DNA of 64,000 bases, taken from positions 1,216,001-1,280,000 of the forward strand of contig OZ245777.1 of the NCBI GenBank assembly GCA_965227775.1. Direction: 5' to 3'. The DNA comes from Phycisphaerales bacterium (GTDB lineage Bacteria; Planctomycetota; Phycisphaerae; Phycisphaerales; UBA1924). A model generated the notes under the pieces. That model did no database searches and was not told the DNA's origin. It saw only the letters and a program-made list of their open reading frames with translations. A program made the translations under genes and the position numbers. Every line of letters starts with the position of its first letter. Position 1 is the stretch's first letter. Of this stretch, positions 27,559-35,845 are shown piece by piece.

Positions 27559-28705
27559 CCGACTCGAAGCGCGCCTCGCCAAAGCGCTGGGCGTTCTCAA
27601 CGCACGCTGCGGAGTCGCACGACACCGCCCTCTCCGCCGCGTCGGCCAGCGCTCGTACCGATCCGTCGCACAGCGCGCCCGTCACGCCGTCTTGCACGAT
27701 GTCGAGCGCTCCGCCCTCGCCGCGAGCCGCGATCGGTAGCCCGCAAGCCTGCGCCTCGACGGCCGTGATTCCGAAGTCCTCTACCTGCGGGAACAGCAAG
27801 ACCGTCGCGGTGCGCATCTCATCGCGCAGCGCCTCATCGCTGAGCTTGCCCATAAAGGTCACGTTTGATGGCGCTGCTCGCTCCAGATCGGCCCTCACGC
27901 TGCCGTCGCCGATGATGCGGAGCTGCGCCCCTGCCAGCTTCGCCGCCTCGATCGCCAAGTCGAAGCGCTTGTAGGGCTCGATGGCGCCAACCGCAAGCCA
28001 GTGCTCGCCGCGCGGTTCGTTGCCAGGCGTGAAGTACGTCGTCCGTGCCGGCGGATGGATGACCGTCGCCCCTCGGCCGTACGCCGCCTCGATCAGTTTC
28101 GCGACATGCGAGGAGTTCGCGATGAACGTGCTGACGTGCGCGGCGGTCGAGCGATCCCACGCACGCAGCGATTTGCCGAATACGCCCAGCCCGAGCCGTT
28201 GGAGCGTCCCGCCGTACTGGTCGGCCTGCGACCACAGGTACCTCGCCGGGCTATGGCAATAGCACACGTGCGGCACGCCGGGCGGCGGGCACAGCCCCTT
28301 GATCGCCGCCGAGCTCGTCGAGACCAGCAGGTCGATGCCGCGCCGGCGGTCCATCATCCGGAGGCGGTCGGTGAGCTGGCCAATGGCCGCCGGATACAGC
28401 GGCAGCATCCATCGCCGCACGCGAAGCGCGCCGGGCATTCGACCGATCGGCGCGACCTGCCGCGGCAACGCATCGAGCTCGGGCGTGAGCTGTCCGCCGT
28501 CGTCGAACATGGTGAGCAGGGCCTCGACGTGGCCGAGGCTCGAGGCCGCGCGGGCGACGTGGTGCAACACGCGCTCCCCGCCGCGCAGGCCCACCAGCCA
28601 GTCGTGGGCGAGCACGATGCGCGGGCGATCCCCCGATTCCGACGTCGGGGAATCCTCGCCCCCCCCAACGGGGTTTAGAGTGGATGATGACCCAGCCGCA
28701 TGCAT
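27467..28705 (-). CDS. glycosyltransferase family 4
   Basis: LAHDWLVGLRGGERVL, YCHSPARYLW, PYKRFDLAI, EDFGITAVEAQACG. ATG 28705 is preceded by TACAGT-N5. Confidence 0.88.
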   Translation of the reverse strand: MHAAGSSSTLNPVGGGEDSPTSESGDRPRIVLAHDWLVGLRGGERVLHHVARAASSLGHVEALLTMFDDGGQLTPELDALPRQVAPIGRMPGALRVRRWMLPLYPAAIGQLTDRLRMMDRRRGIDLLVSTSSAAIKGLCPPPGVPHVCYCHSPARYLWSQADQYGGTLQRLGLGVFGKSLRAWDRSTAAHVSTFIANSSHVAKLIEAAYGRGATVIHPPARTTYFTPGNEPRGEHWLAVGAIEPYKRFDLAIEAAKLAGAQLRIIGDGSVRADLERAAPSNVTFMGKLSDEALRDEMRTATVLLFPQVEDFGITAVEAQACGLPIAARGEGGALDIVQDGVTGALCDGSVRALADAAERAVSCDSAACVENAQRFGEARFESAIRDVLAAHLGSREPGPAPQPQRTEAEPHP

Positions 28706-29805
28706 CCCAGACTGTAAGGGCGACCCCGGCCAACCTGCTCGGCCTCGACTACCAGGCCGAGGCCGCACGCTTCGGCCCGCCCGTCGTGCCGATCATCGAC
28801 AGCCACGCCCACATCAACGGTCCCAAGGCTGTGAAGGTCTACGAGCGTGCCATGGACGCGTACGGGGTGAAGCGCGTGTACTCGCAGACGCAGATGTCCC
28901 AGGCGGCGGCCATGCGTGACGCGCTGGGCGACAAGATCCGCTTCGTGGCCATCCCAGAATACATGGCCGACGACCGGCGCCGTGCGATGCGTGAGGGGTT
29001 CTTCGAGAACATGCGTCGGTTTCACAGCGAGTTCGGCTCTCGGATGATCAAGTTTTGGGCCGCCCCGCGGCTGCGCGACATGCTCGACCCAGTGGCCGAT
29101 TCCGACATCATCCGCATCGACAGCCCGCTTCGGCGAGACCTCGCCGCCGAGGCTGTCGAGCTGGGCTATATGTTCCAGGCCCACATCGCCGACCCGGATA
29201 CCTGGTTCGCTACCAAGTACGCCGACGCGAGCAAGTACGGCACCAAGCTCGAGCACTACGAGCCGCTGGAGCGAATGGCGGACGACTTCTCAGTCCCGTG
29301 GCTGGTCGCGCACATGGGTGGATGGCCCGAAGACCTCAACTTCCTCGACGGCCTGTTGACGCGTCACGCCAACATCCACCTCGACACCTCGGCGACGAAG
29401 TGGATGGTTCGCGAGCTCAGCAAGCACCCGCGCGACGAGTTCATCGCGTTCCTGGACAAGTGGCGCGGCCGCATCCTCTTCGGATCCGACATCGTGACGC
29501 TCGACGACCACTTCGAGACCAGCGACGACGCCAACAACCGCTTCGGTGCGCACCAGGCAAGCGGTGAGGCCGAGGCGTTCGACCTCTACGCCAGCCGCTA
29601 CTGGGCCCTGCGCACGCTCTGGGAGCGCGAGCACGACGGCCCGAGTCCGATCGCCGACCCCGATCTGGCGATGATCGACCCAGATAAGCACAACGCCATG
29701 AGCTCGCCGCCGCTGCAGGGTTTTGCCCTGCCGAAGAACTTACTCGAGGTCGTCTACGCCGGCGCCGCCGAGGCGTTGCTTGAGAAGTGGTGGGCCGAGC
29801 ACTGA
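28687..29805 (+). CDS. amidohydrolase-family (TIM-barrel) metalloenzyme
   Basis: IDSHAH, QAHIAD, VAHMGG, LDTS, ILFGSD. Confidence 0.85.
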   Translation: MTQPHASQTVRATPANLLGLDYQAEAARFGPPVVPIIDSHAHINGPKAVKVYERAMDAYGVKRVYSQTQMSQAAAMRDALGDKIRFVAIPEYMADDRRRAMREGFFENMRRFHSEFGSRMIKFWAAPRLRDMLDPVADSDIIRIDSPLRRDLAAEAVELGYMFQAHIADPDTWFATKYADASKYGTKLEHYEPLERMADDFSVPWLVAHMGGWPEDLNFLDGLLTRHANIHLDTSATKWMVRELSKHPRDEFIAFLDKWRGRILFGSDIVTLDDHFETSDDANNRFGAHQASGEAEAFDLYASRYWALRTLWEREHDGPSPIADPDLAMIDPDKHNAMSSPPLQGFALPKNLLEVVYAGAAEALLEKWWAEH

Positions 29806-29809
29806 GCGG

Positions 29810-30757
29810 CTAGCGGAACGCCCAAGGCTCTCCGGGCGTGTACCCGAGCAGGTCGTAGAGTTCGCTGCGCGTCTGCATGTCTTCCAAGCTCGCTTCAACG
29901 CTTCCGTTCTCGGCGAGCCCTGCCAACAAGCGATCGACCGCCTTCATGGCGATGCGCAGCGTCGAGACCGGGAAGATCACGAAGTGGTAGCCCATCTGCG
30001 CGAAGCGTTCGTGCGGAATGATGGGCGTCTTGCCGAACTCGGTCATGTTCGCCAGCATGTAGGGCGACCGGCCGGCACCGTGGACCTCGACCGATCGCAT
30101 CGCGCCGGCGAACGCCTCGAACTCCCCCTCGTCCTTGAGCCCTTCGGGGAAGATCATGCTTGCGCCGGCCTGCGCGTAGCGGGTGGCGCGCCCGATGGCG
30201 TCGTCCATGCCGCTCACGCCGCGGGCGTCGGTGCGCGCGCAGACGATGAAATCAGGATCGCCGCTTTCGTGGGCGGCCTGCGCGGCCCACTCGATCTTGC
30301 TCACGGCTTGGTCGACCGGCAGCAGCGTCTTGCCGTCGAGATGCCCGCACCGCTTTGGGAACACCTGGTCTTCGAGGTGCAGCCCGGCCGCGCCGGCACG
30401 CTGGTACTCGATCACCGTGCGTCGGGTCATCTCCTCTTCGCCGAAGCCCGTGTCGGCGTCGGCGATGACCGGCAGCGCGGCCGCGCCTGCCCTGAGCCTC
30501 GACCCGTCGACGACCTCTCGCACGGTGGCCACGAATCGGTCCAGCGTCAGCAGGCCCACGTCGGGCACGCCCGCCGCGGCGCTGGTGGCCGCCCCGGAGA
30601 CGTACGCCGCCTCGAAGCCGTGCCGAGCGACGGCCCTTGCCGTCAGGCCGTTGAACGCTCCGGGTGCCATCACGCACTTGGCGTCCATAGCGGCTCTCAG
30701 GCGGGCGGCAGGGGAAGGAACGGTCGTTTGTCCGGATTTTGTCATAGTTTCAGGCAT
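29810..30757 (-). CDS. prpB: isocitrate lyase/PEP mutase family, probably methylisocitrate lyase (PrpB-like)
   Basis: YVSGA, GVPDVG, DADTGFG, LEDQVFPKRCGH, ARTDA, LANMTEFGKTP. Confidence 0.8.
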   Translation of the reverse strand: MPETMTKSGQTTVPSPAARLRAAMDAKCVMAPGAFNGLTARAVARHGFEAAYVSGAATSAAAGVPDVGLLTLDRFVATVREVVDGSRLRAGAAALPVIADADTGFGEEEMTRRTVIEYQRAGAAGLHLEDQVFPKRCGHLDGKTLLPVDQAVSKIEWAAQAAHESGDPDFIVCARTDARGVSGMDDAIGRATRYAQAGASMIFPEGLKDEGEFEAFAGAMRSVEVHGAGRSPYMLANMTEFGKTPIIPHERFAQMGYHFVIFPVSTLRIAMKAVDRLLAGLAENGSVEASLEDMQTRSELYDLLGYTPGEPWAFR

Positions 30758-30886
30758 TCTTGTATCGTAGGAATGCGGCATTTGCCGGCTGGCGCGATTT
30801 TTCCGGTTGGAGCCATATTGGACTGAATCGCGGTTTGCGGACGGTCGATGGACTTGGCGACAGGCCACGCCAGACCGGAGCACGCC

Positions 30887-32011
30887 ATGAGCAGCATCGA
30901 CGAACACACCACGATCGAAGACCCGTGCGACGGCGCTTGCGAGGGCTGCCGCTGCGAAGACGAAGCCATCGCTGGGCGCGTCGGCGTCACAGTGGAAGGC
31001 GAGTCAGAAGAGGTCGATGTCCTGACCAGGGGGCTCCTGAGCAGCTTCTCGCGGTTCATCGCGACTGGCGAAGACCAACTTGAAGACGAACTCGACATTG
31101 ACGCGATCGAAACCTCGTGCGAATCCACGGCCGAGTCCAGCGCTGCAGATCACCCAACCGCCGTTCCGGCGGGGCTTCCACGAGAGGAGCGGCCCGAAGG
31201 CGCGGCGCTCGATGAGGCCCTCGGACGCGTGGAGTCGGCGATGGCGGCGCTGGTCTCGGCCGTTCCAAGCCTGGAGGAACGCCTCACCGGCGTCGAAGCC
31301 CAGGTACAGGCGGGTGTTGATGGCGGCGATGGTGTGCCCGAGGGCATCGATCGCGACGCTGTCGCCGGAAAGCTGAAGGACCAGCTCGCCAGCGTGGATC
31401 GTGAGTGCAAGCGACTTGCAAGCGTGCCCATCGAACGCATCGAGGCCCGCGTCGCGTCAGCCGAGCGTTCGCTCGGCCGGCTCATCGAGCGAGCCGAGAC
31501 CGTGCTGGGCGCCTGCGAGGCCGAGCGTGAAGCCGCCGAGGGTGTTGCCGACCGGCTGACCCAGCTGGCAACGGCGCTCGAGCCCTGGACCGAGCTGCTC
31601 GACCTTCGCGAGAGCGAGGAGGGCATGCCCAAGCCCCTGGCAGCGCTCCTGCGAATCGCGGGCGCCGAGCTCTCTCGAGAGATGGCGGGTGTGCGCGGCA
31701 GCCTTCAGCAGTTTGCCGGCGTGCTCGATCTGACCCGCACCGAGCCGCCGACGCCGCAGACCCAGGGAGATGAGACCGCCGACGCCGAATTGGGCGACGG
31801 GGTGCAGGAGGGAGAAACCGTGGCGCCTCAGCAACCGGGCGAGGACGACTCGCGCAAGCGAAGCCGTCGAAAGAGTGGCAAGAAGCGCGCCGTGCGCGCC
31901 AAGGGTGCCGAAGCGGAGACCCCGCGCCGCGGCGCTTCGGAGCGTCGCTTGTCGGCCGAAGCACGGCTGCGGGCGCGCAGCCGGGCCGAGGGCCGGCCGC
32001 CGCGTCGCTAG
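30887..32011 (+). CDS. hypothetical protein (Cys-rich acidic N-terminus, coiled coil, basic tail)
   Basis: Long ORF filling the gap; GGAG RBS before ATG 30887. Confidence 0.65.
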   Translation: MSSIDEHTTIEDPCDGACEGCRCEDEAIAGRVGVTVEGESEEVDVLTRGLLSSFSRFIATGEDQLEDELDIDAIETSCESTAESSAADHPTAVPAGLPREERPEGAALDEALGRVESAMAALVSAVPSLEERLTGVEAQVQAGVDGGDGVPEGIDRDAVAGKLKDQLASVDRECKRLASVPIERIEARVASAERSLGRLIERAETVLGACEAEREAAEGVADRLTQLATALEPWTELLDLRESEEGMPKPLAALLRIAGAELSREMAGVRGSLQQFAGVLDLTRTEPPTPQTQGDETADAELGDGVQEGETVAPQQPGEDDSRKRSRRKSGKKRAVRAKGAEAETPRRGASERRLSAEARLRARSRAEGRPPRR

Positions 32012-32085
32012 CCCGCCGCCCAAACGGCGCTAGGGTTCCTGCGACGACCCATGAATCGGAGCGAGCGCTCCGTGGGAGGCCGCCG

Positions 32086-32562
32086 ATGGACCCGATAGCT
32101 CCGCATACCAAAAGCAGCGTCGAGCCGGGCCGCCATGGCTCGGACACAACCACGCGCGTGCCGACCGATGTTGGTGACGGCTGGGTGCGCATCCGCGTGC
32201 AGCCCGAATACCTGCCCGCGCGCAGCGATCCGAGCCAGCCCATGCACGTTTTCGGATACCGCGTGCTCGTCGAGTACGAAGCACCCGCGAACGCGCCGGC
32301 TATCCAACTCGTCGACCGATTCTGGCGCATCGTCGATGCGCACGGCACAGAAGAGGTCGTGCAGGGCGAGGGCATCGTCGGCCAGCAGCCCATCATCCCG
32401 CCCGGCGGCCATTTCGAGTACGCTAGCTACTGCCCGCTCCGCTCGAGTTGGGGCACGATGGAAGGCCGATACGGCCTAGTCATCCTCGACGAAAACGACG
32501 AGCCCACCGGCCGCCACGAAGTCGAGGTCGACCGATTCTTCCTTGTTTCTGACAAGGACTGA
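32086..32562 (+). CDS. apaG: ApaG
   Basis: QLVDRFWRIVDAHG, VQGEGIVGQQP, FEYASYCPL, GTMEGRY. Confidence 0.92.
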   Translation: MDPIAPHTKSSVEPGRHGSDTTTRVPTDVGDGWVRIRVQPEYLPARSDPSQPMHVFGYRVLVEYEAPANAPAIQLVDRFWRIVDAHGTEEVVQGEGIVGQQPIIPPGGHFEYASYCPLRSSWGTMEGRYGLVILDENDEPTGRHEVEVDRFFLVSDKD

Positions 32563-32581
32563 TTCTTCAAGAGAAGACGGA

Positions 32582-33853
32582 TCAGGCGTTCGCGGGCGTG
32601 GTCACGCGTGCGATCGTCGTCGCCGCGCGGGCGACGTCCTCGAACGTGTTGTACAGCGGCACTGGTGCAAGGCGGATGACGTCTGGCTCGCGGAAGTCCG
32701 CGACGACGCCGTGTTGTTGCAGCACGTCGCGAATGTCGCGGGCGTTCTCGCCGAACGAGATCGAGAGCTGGCAGCCCCGGCGATCCGGTTCGCTCGGCGT
32801 GATGACGCGCGCCGCGGGCGCGATCGCCGCAATCGATTGCTCAAGGAAGCCGGTGAGCAAGAGGCTCTTCTCGCGCAGCGCGGCCATGCCCACGCGATCG
32901 AAGATCTCCAACGAGGCGGCGAGCGGCGCCATCGCCAGGATTGGCGGATTGCACAGCTGCCATCCGTCGGCACCCTCGCGGGGAACGAACCCGCTCTCCA
33001 TCTTGAACCGTGTCTTGGGGTCGTTGCCCCACCAGCCGGCCAGGCGCGGGATGTCAGCGTTGTTCGCGTGCCGCTCGTGCACGAAGCAGCCGGCGATGGC
33101 GCCCGGCCCGGCATTGCAGTACTTGTAGCTGCACCACACGGCAAAATCGGCGCCGCAGTCGTGCAGACGCAGGGGCACGTTGCCCGCGGCGTGCGCGCAG
33201 TCCCAGCCGACCTTCGCCCCCGCCCGATGCCCGGCTTCGGTGATCGTGGGCATGTCGAACCACTGCCCCGTGCGGTACTGCACGCCCGCCAGCATAACGA
33301 GCGCGAGCGAGTCGCCGGCATCTTCGATTGCGCCGACGACGTCATCGGTCCGCAGCGTGTCCTCGCCCTGGCGCGGACGCAAACGGATCATGTTCGCGCT
33401 TGCATCGAGCCCGCGGTGGTTGATGTGGCTCTCCACCGCGTAGTCGTCGCTTGGGAAGAGCGCGTCCTCCACCATGATCTTGGTGCGGCTGCCCGACGGC
33501 TGGTAGAAGCTGGCCATCATCAGATGCAGGTTGGCCGTCAGGCCGTTCATCATGACGACCTCGCCCGGCTTGGCACCCACCAACCTTGCACCCGTTTCGC
33601 GGAACCGCTCATGATAGCTAAACCAGGGATTCGCGCCATGCAAGTGGGCATCAACGCCCAGCGATGCCCAGTCGTCCAACTCTTGCTGCACCGCGGCGCG
33701 GGTGCTGTGCGGCATGAGGCCCAGCGAGTTGCCCGTGAAGTACGCGACGTCATCGCCGGATTCGTCCTTGGGGATCGCGAACAATGCGCGCTCGCCCTTG
33801 AGCGGATCGGCCGCGTCGAGCTTCTTTGCCTCATCAAACAGCTGGTCGCTCAC
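32582..33853 (-). CDS. kynU: kynureninase
   Basis: YFTGNSLGLMP, MNGLTANLH, FPSD, WDCAHAAGN, WCSYKY (PLP lysine), GWWG, IRLAPVPLYN. Confidence 0.94.
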   Translation of the reverse strand: MSDQLFDEAKKLDAADPLKGERALFAIPKDESGDDVAYFTGNSLGLMPHSTRAAVQQELDDWASLGVDAHLHGANPWFSYHERFRETGARLVGAKPGEVVMMNGLTANLHLMMASFYQPSGSRTKIMVEDALFPSDDYAVESHINHRGLDASANMIRLRPRQGEDTLRTDDVVGAIEDAGDSLALVMLAGVQYRTGQWFDMPTITEAGHRAGAKVGWDCAHAAGNVPLRLHDCGADFAVWCSYKYCNAGPGAIAGCFVHERHANNADIPRLAGWWGNDPKTRFKMESGFVPREGADGWQLCNPPILAMAPLAASLEIFDRVGMAALREKSLLLTGFLEQSIAAIAPAARVITPSEPDRRGCQLSISFGENARDIRDVLQQHGVVADFREPDVIRLAPVPLYNTFEDVARAATTIARVTTPANA

Positions 33854-34983
33854 TTGCCAGTCTCCGCCGGAAAGTTCGCCGGTCGCTCGCGCGCCGCCTT
33901 GTGTTCCTCGGCCAAGTCCGGGAATCGATCGGCCTCCATGCCCAGGAATTCAAGCGCCGAGCCGCTGAGCAACTGCCGCTTGGTCTTGTCGGTCAGGTCG
34001 TACATCGAATCGACCATCGCGCCGGGCTTCGCCTCGCCGAGCGGGAACGGATAGTCGCTGCCAAGCGCCACCCGACGCTCGTCCATCATGGCGATGAGAT
34101 ACCGAAGCGCGTTGCGGCTATACACCGCAGAGTCGACCCAGAACCGGGCCGGCTGGCCGTAATCAGCCAGATAGCTCCATGGGTTCTGCTCGCAGTCGAC
34201 CGCCACAATGTCGGGCCGGCTGTTGTAGCCGTGCTCGATGCGGCCGATCGTGTATGGGAAAGAGCCGCCGCCGTGCGCGAAGCACACGCGCAGGTCGGGC
34301 AGTCGGTCGAACACGCCGCCGAAGATCATGGCGCATACGGCGCGTGCGGTCTCGGCGGGCATGCCCACCAGCCACGGCAGCCAGTACTTGCCCATCTGGT
34401 CGCGGCCCATCATGTCCCATGGGTGCACCAGGATGGCCGCTCCGAGGTCCTGGCACGCGGCGAAGACGTCCAGCAGTGCCGGCTCCCATAGGTTCCAGTC
34501 GGGTGCGCCGGGCCGCTCGATGTGGCTGCCGATCTGGATGCCGGCCATGCCAAGGTCCTTCATGCACCGCTCGAGCTCGGCGATCGCGAGCTTGGGGTCC
34601 TGCATCGGCAGCGTGCCAAGTGCGATGAAGCGGTCCGGGTGCGCCCGGCAACGCTCGGCCAGGTCGTCGTTCAGGTACCTGGAGACCTCCAACGCATCCT
34701 CGGCCTTGGCCCAATACCCGAACATGACCGGTACCGTCGAGACCACCTGCACCTGCACGTTATGCAGTTCCATGTCCTTCATGCGAGGCTCGGCGTGCAG
34801 GCAGTTGGGCTTCACGTCACGGAAGAACTTGCCGTCGATCGACATCCGGGCCCCGCCGGCGAACTGGCCAGGGTCGTCCTGGGCGATTGGCGTCAGGTTC
34901 ACCCACCCCCCATACCCGAACTTCGCGGCGTAATCGGGGATGGTGGCGGGCAGCATGTGGGTGTGCAGGTCGATCTTGAACAT
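33850..34983 (-). CDS. 2-amino-3-carboxymuconate-6-semialdehyde decarboxylase (ACMSD)-like amidohydrolase
   Basis: IDLHTH, STVPVMFGYW, LVHPWDM, WLVGMPAET, AHGGGSF, GSDYPFPLGE. GTGA-coupled to kynU. Confidence 0.9.
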   Translation of the reverse strand: MFKIDLHTHMLPATIPDYAAKFGYGGWVNLTPIAQDDPGQFAGGARMSIDGKFFRDVKPNCLHAEPRMKDMELHNVQVQVVSTVPVMFGYWAKAEDALEVSRYLNDDLAERCRAHPDRFIALGTLPMQDPKLAIAELERCMKDLGMAGIQIGSHIERPGAPDWNLWEPALLDVFAACQDLGAAILVHPWDMMGRDQMGKYWLPWLVGMPAETARAVCAMIFGGVFDRLPDLRVCFAHGGGSFPYTIGRIEHGYNSRPDIVAVDCEQNPWSYLADYGQPARFWVDSAVYSRNALRYLIAMMDERRVALGSDYPFPLGEAKPGAMVDSMYDLTDKTKRQLLSGSALEFLGMEADRFPDLAEEHKAARERPANFPAETGK

Positions 34984-35066
34984 GAGGGGGCAGTGTATGG
35001 GGAGCGCGTGGATGGGGCGTGTTTCTCGCCGCTGCGGCATCCACCTTCCGTCACTGTCGATTCTGC

Positions 35067-35095
35067 TTGCATCAAGGCCCCGCTTCTGGTAACCT
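35067..35095 (+). promoter_or_regulatory. sigma70-type promoter
   Basis: TTGCAT-N17-TAACCT with a TG extension, upstream of the gene at 35149. Confidence 0.5.
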
Positions 35096-35148
35096 GGGGC
35101 GATACAACTCGCGCGTGCTCACACGTGGGGCCAAAGAGGAGAGAGACC

Positions 35149-35748
35149 ATGAAGACTGGCATCCGACCCGCATCCGCGACCCTGGCACTCGTTGGCCTTG
35201 CGGCGGCCTCCCCGGCCGTCCTGGCGCAGTCTGTGAACATTGACATTGCCAACCCGACGCTGACCATCGGCGAGAGCACGCTCATCACGTTCACAGCGAG
35301 CTATCCCTCGGGCGACTACGCCATGGCGGGCATCGGCATGGACCTCGTCGTGAACGAGATCCAGGGTGGGCTGAGCGACCTGCAACTCGTGGCGCCAATG
35401 GACGGCCCGGGCACGAGCGTTGGCACGCTCGGCGCAGGCGGTATCGACGGGATCATCGCCGGTCAGCTCAACTTCCCGCCAGCGGGCATCTTTGCCGATC
35501 CGACGAACCCCATCGCGTTCTATCAACTCACCTACACGCTCACCGCGCCAATCTCGGGCACGACGCTGCTGGACATCGAGACCCGAACCACGAGGTTTGA
35601 CGTGTACGTCGATCGCGATAGCGGGCGCAGCGAGTCGCGACTGGGAGACGTGGTCGAGGGTCGAGCCATCATCGCTATCCCTGCTCCTGCGGGCGCGGTT
35701 GTGCTCGGTCTGGGCGCATTGACGATGGGCCGGCGCCGATGGGCGTAG
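35149..35748 (+). CDS. secreted beta-sandwich protein with PEP-CTERM-like (PAP) tail
   Basis: Signal peptide; C-terminus IPAPAGAVVLGLGALTMGRRR; GAGGAG RBS. Confidence 0.82.
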   Translation: MKTGIRPASATLALVGLAAASPAVLAQSVNIDIANPTLTIGESTLITFTASYPSGDYAMAGIGMDLVVNEIQGGLSDLQLVAPMDGPGTSVGTLGAGGIDGIIAGQLNFPPAGIFADPTNPIAFYQLTYTLTAPISGTTLLDIETRTTRFDVYVDRDSGRSESRLGDVVEGRAIIAIPAPAGAVVLGLGALTMGRRRWA

Positions 35749-35845
35749 AACAAGATTCGTTCGAATCGGCGATTGAGCCCCGATTGAACGCATCGTGATG
35801 CCGGCACGAGTACCCTAGAGCCTTACTGCTTTGGGGGCCCTTCGA

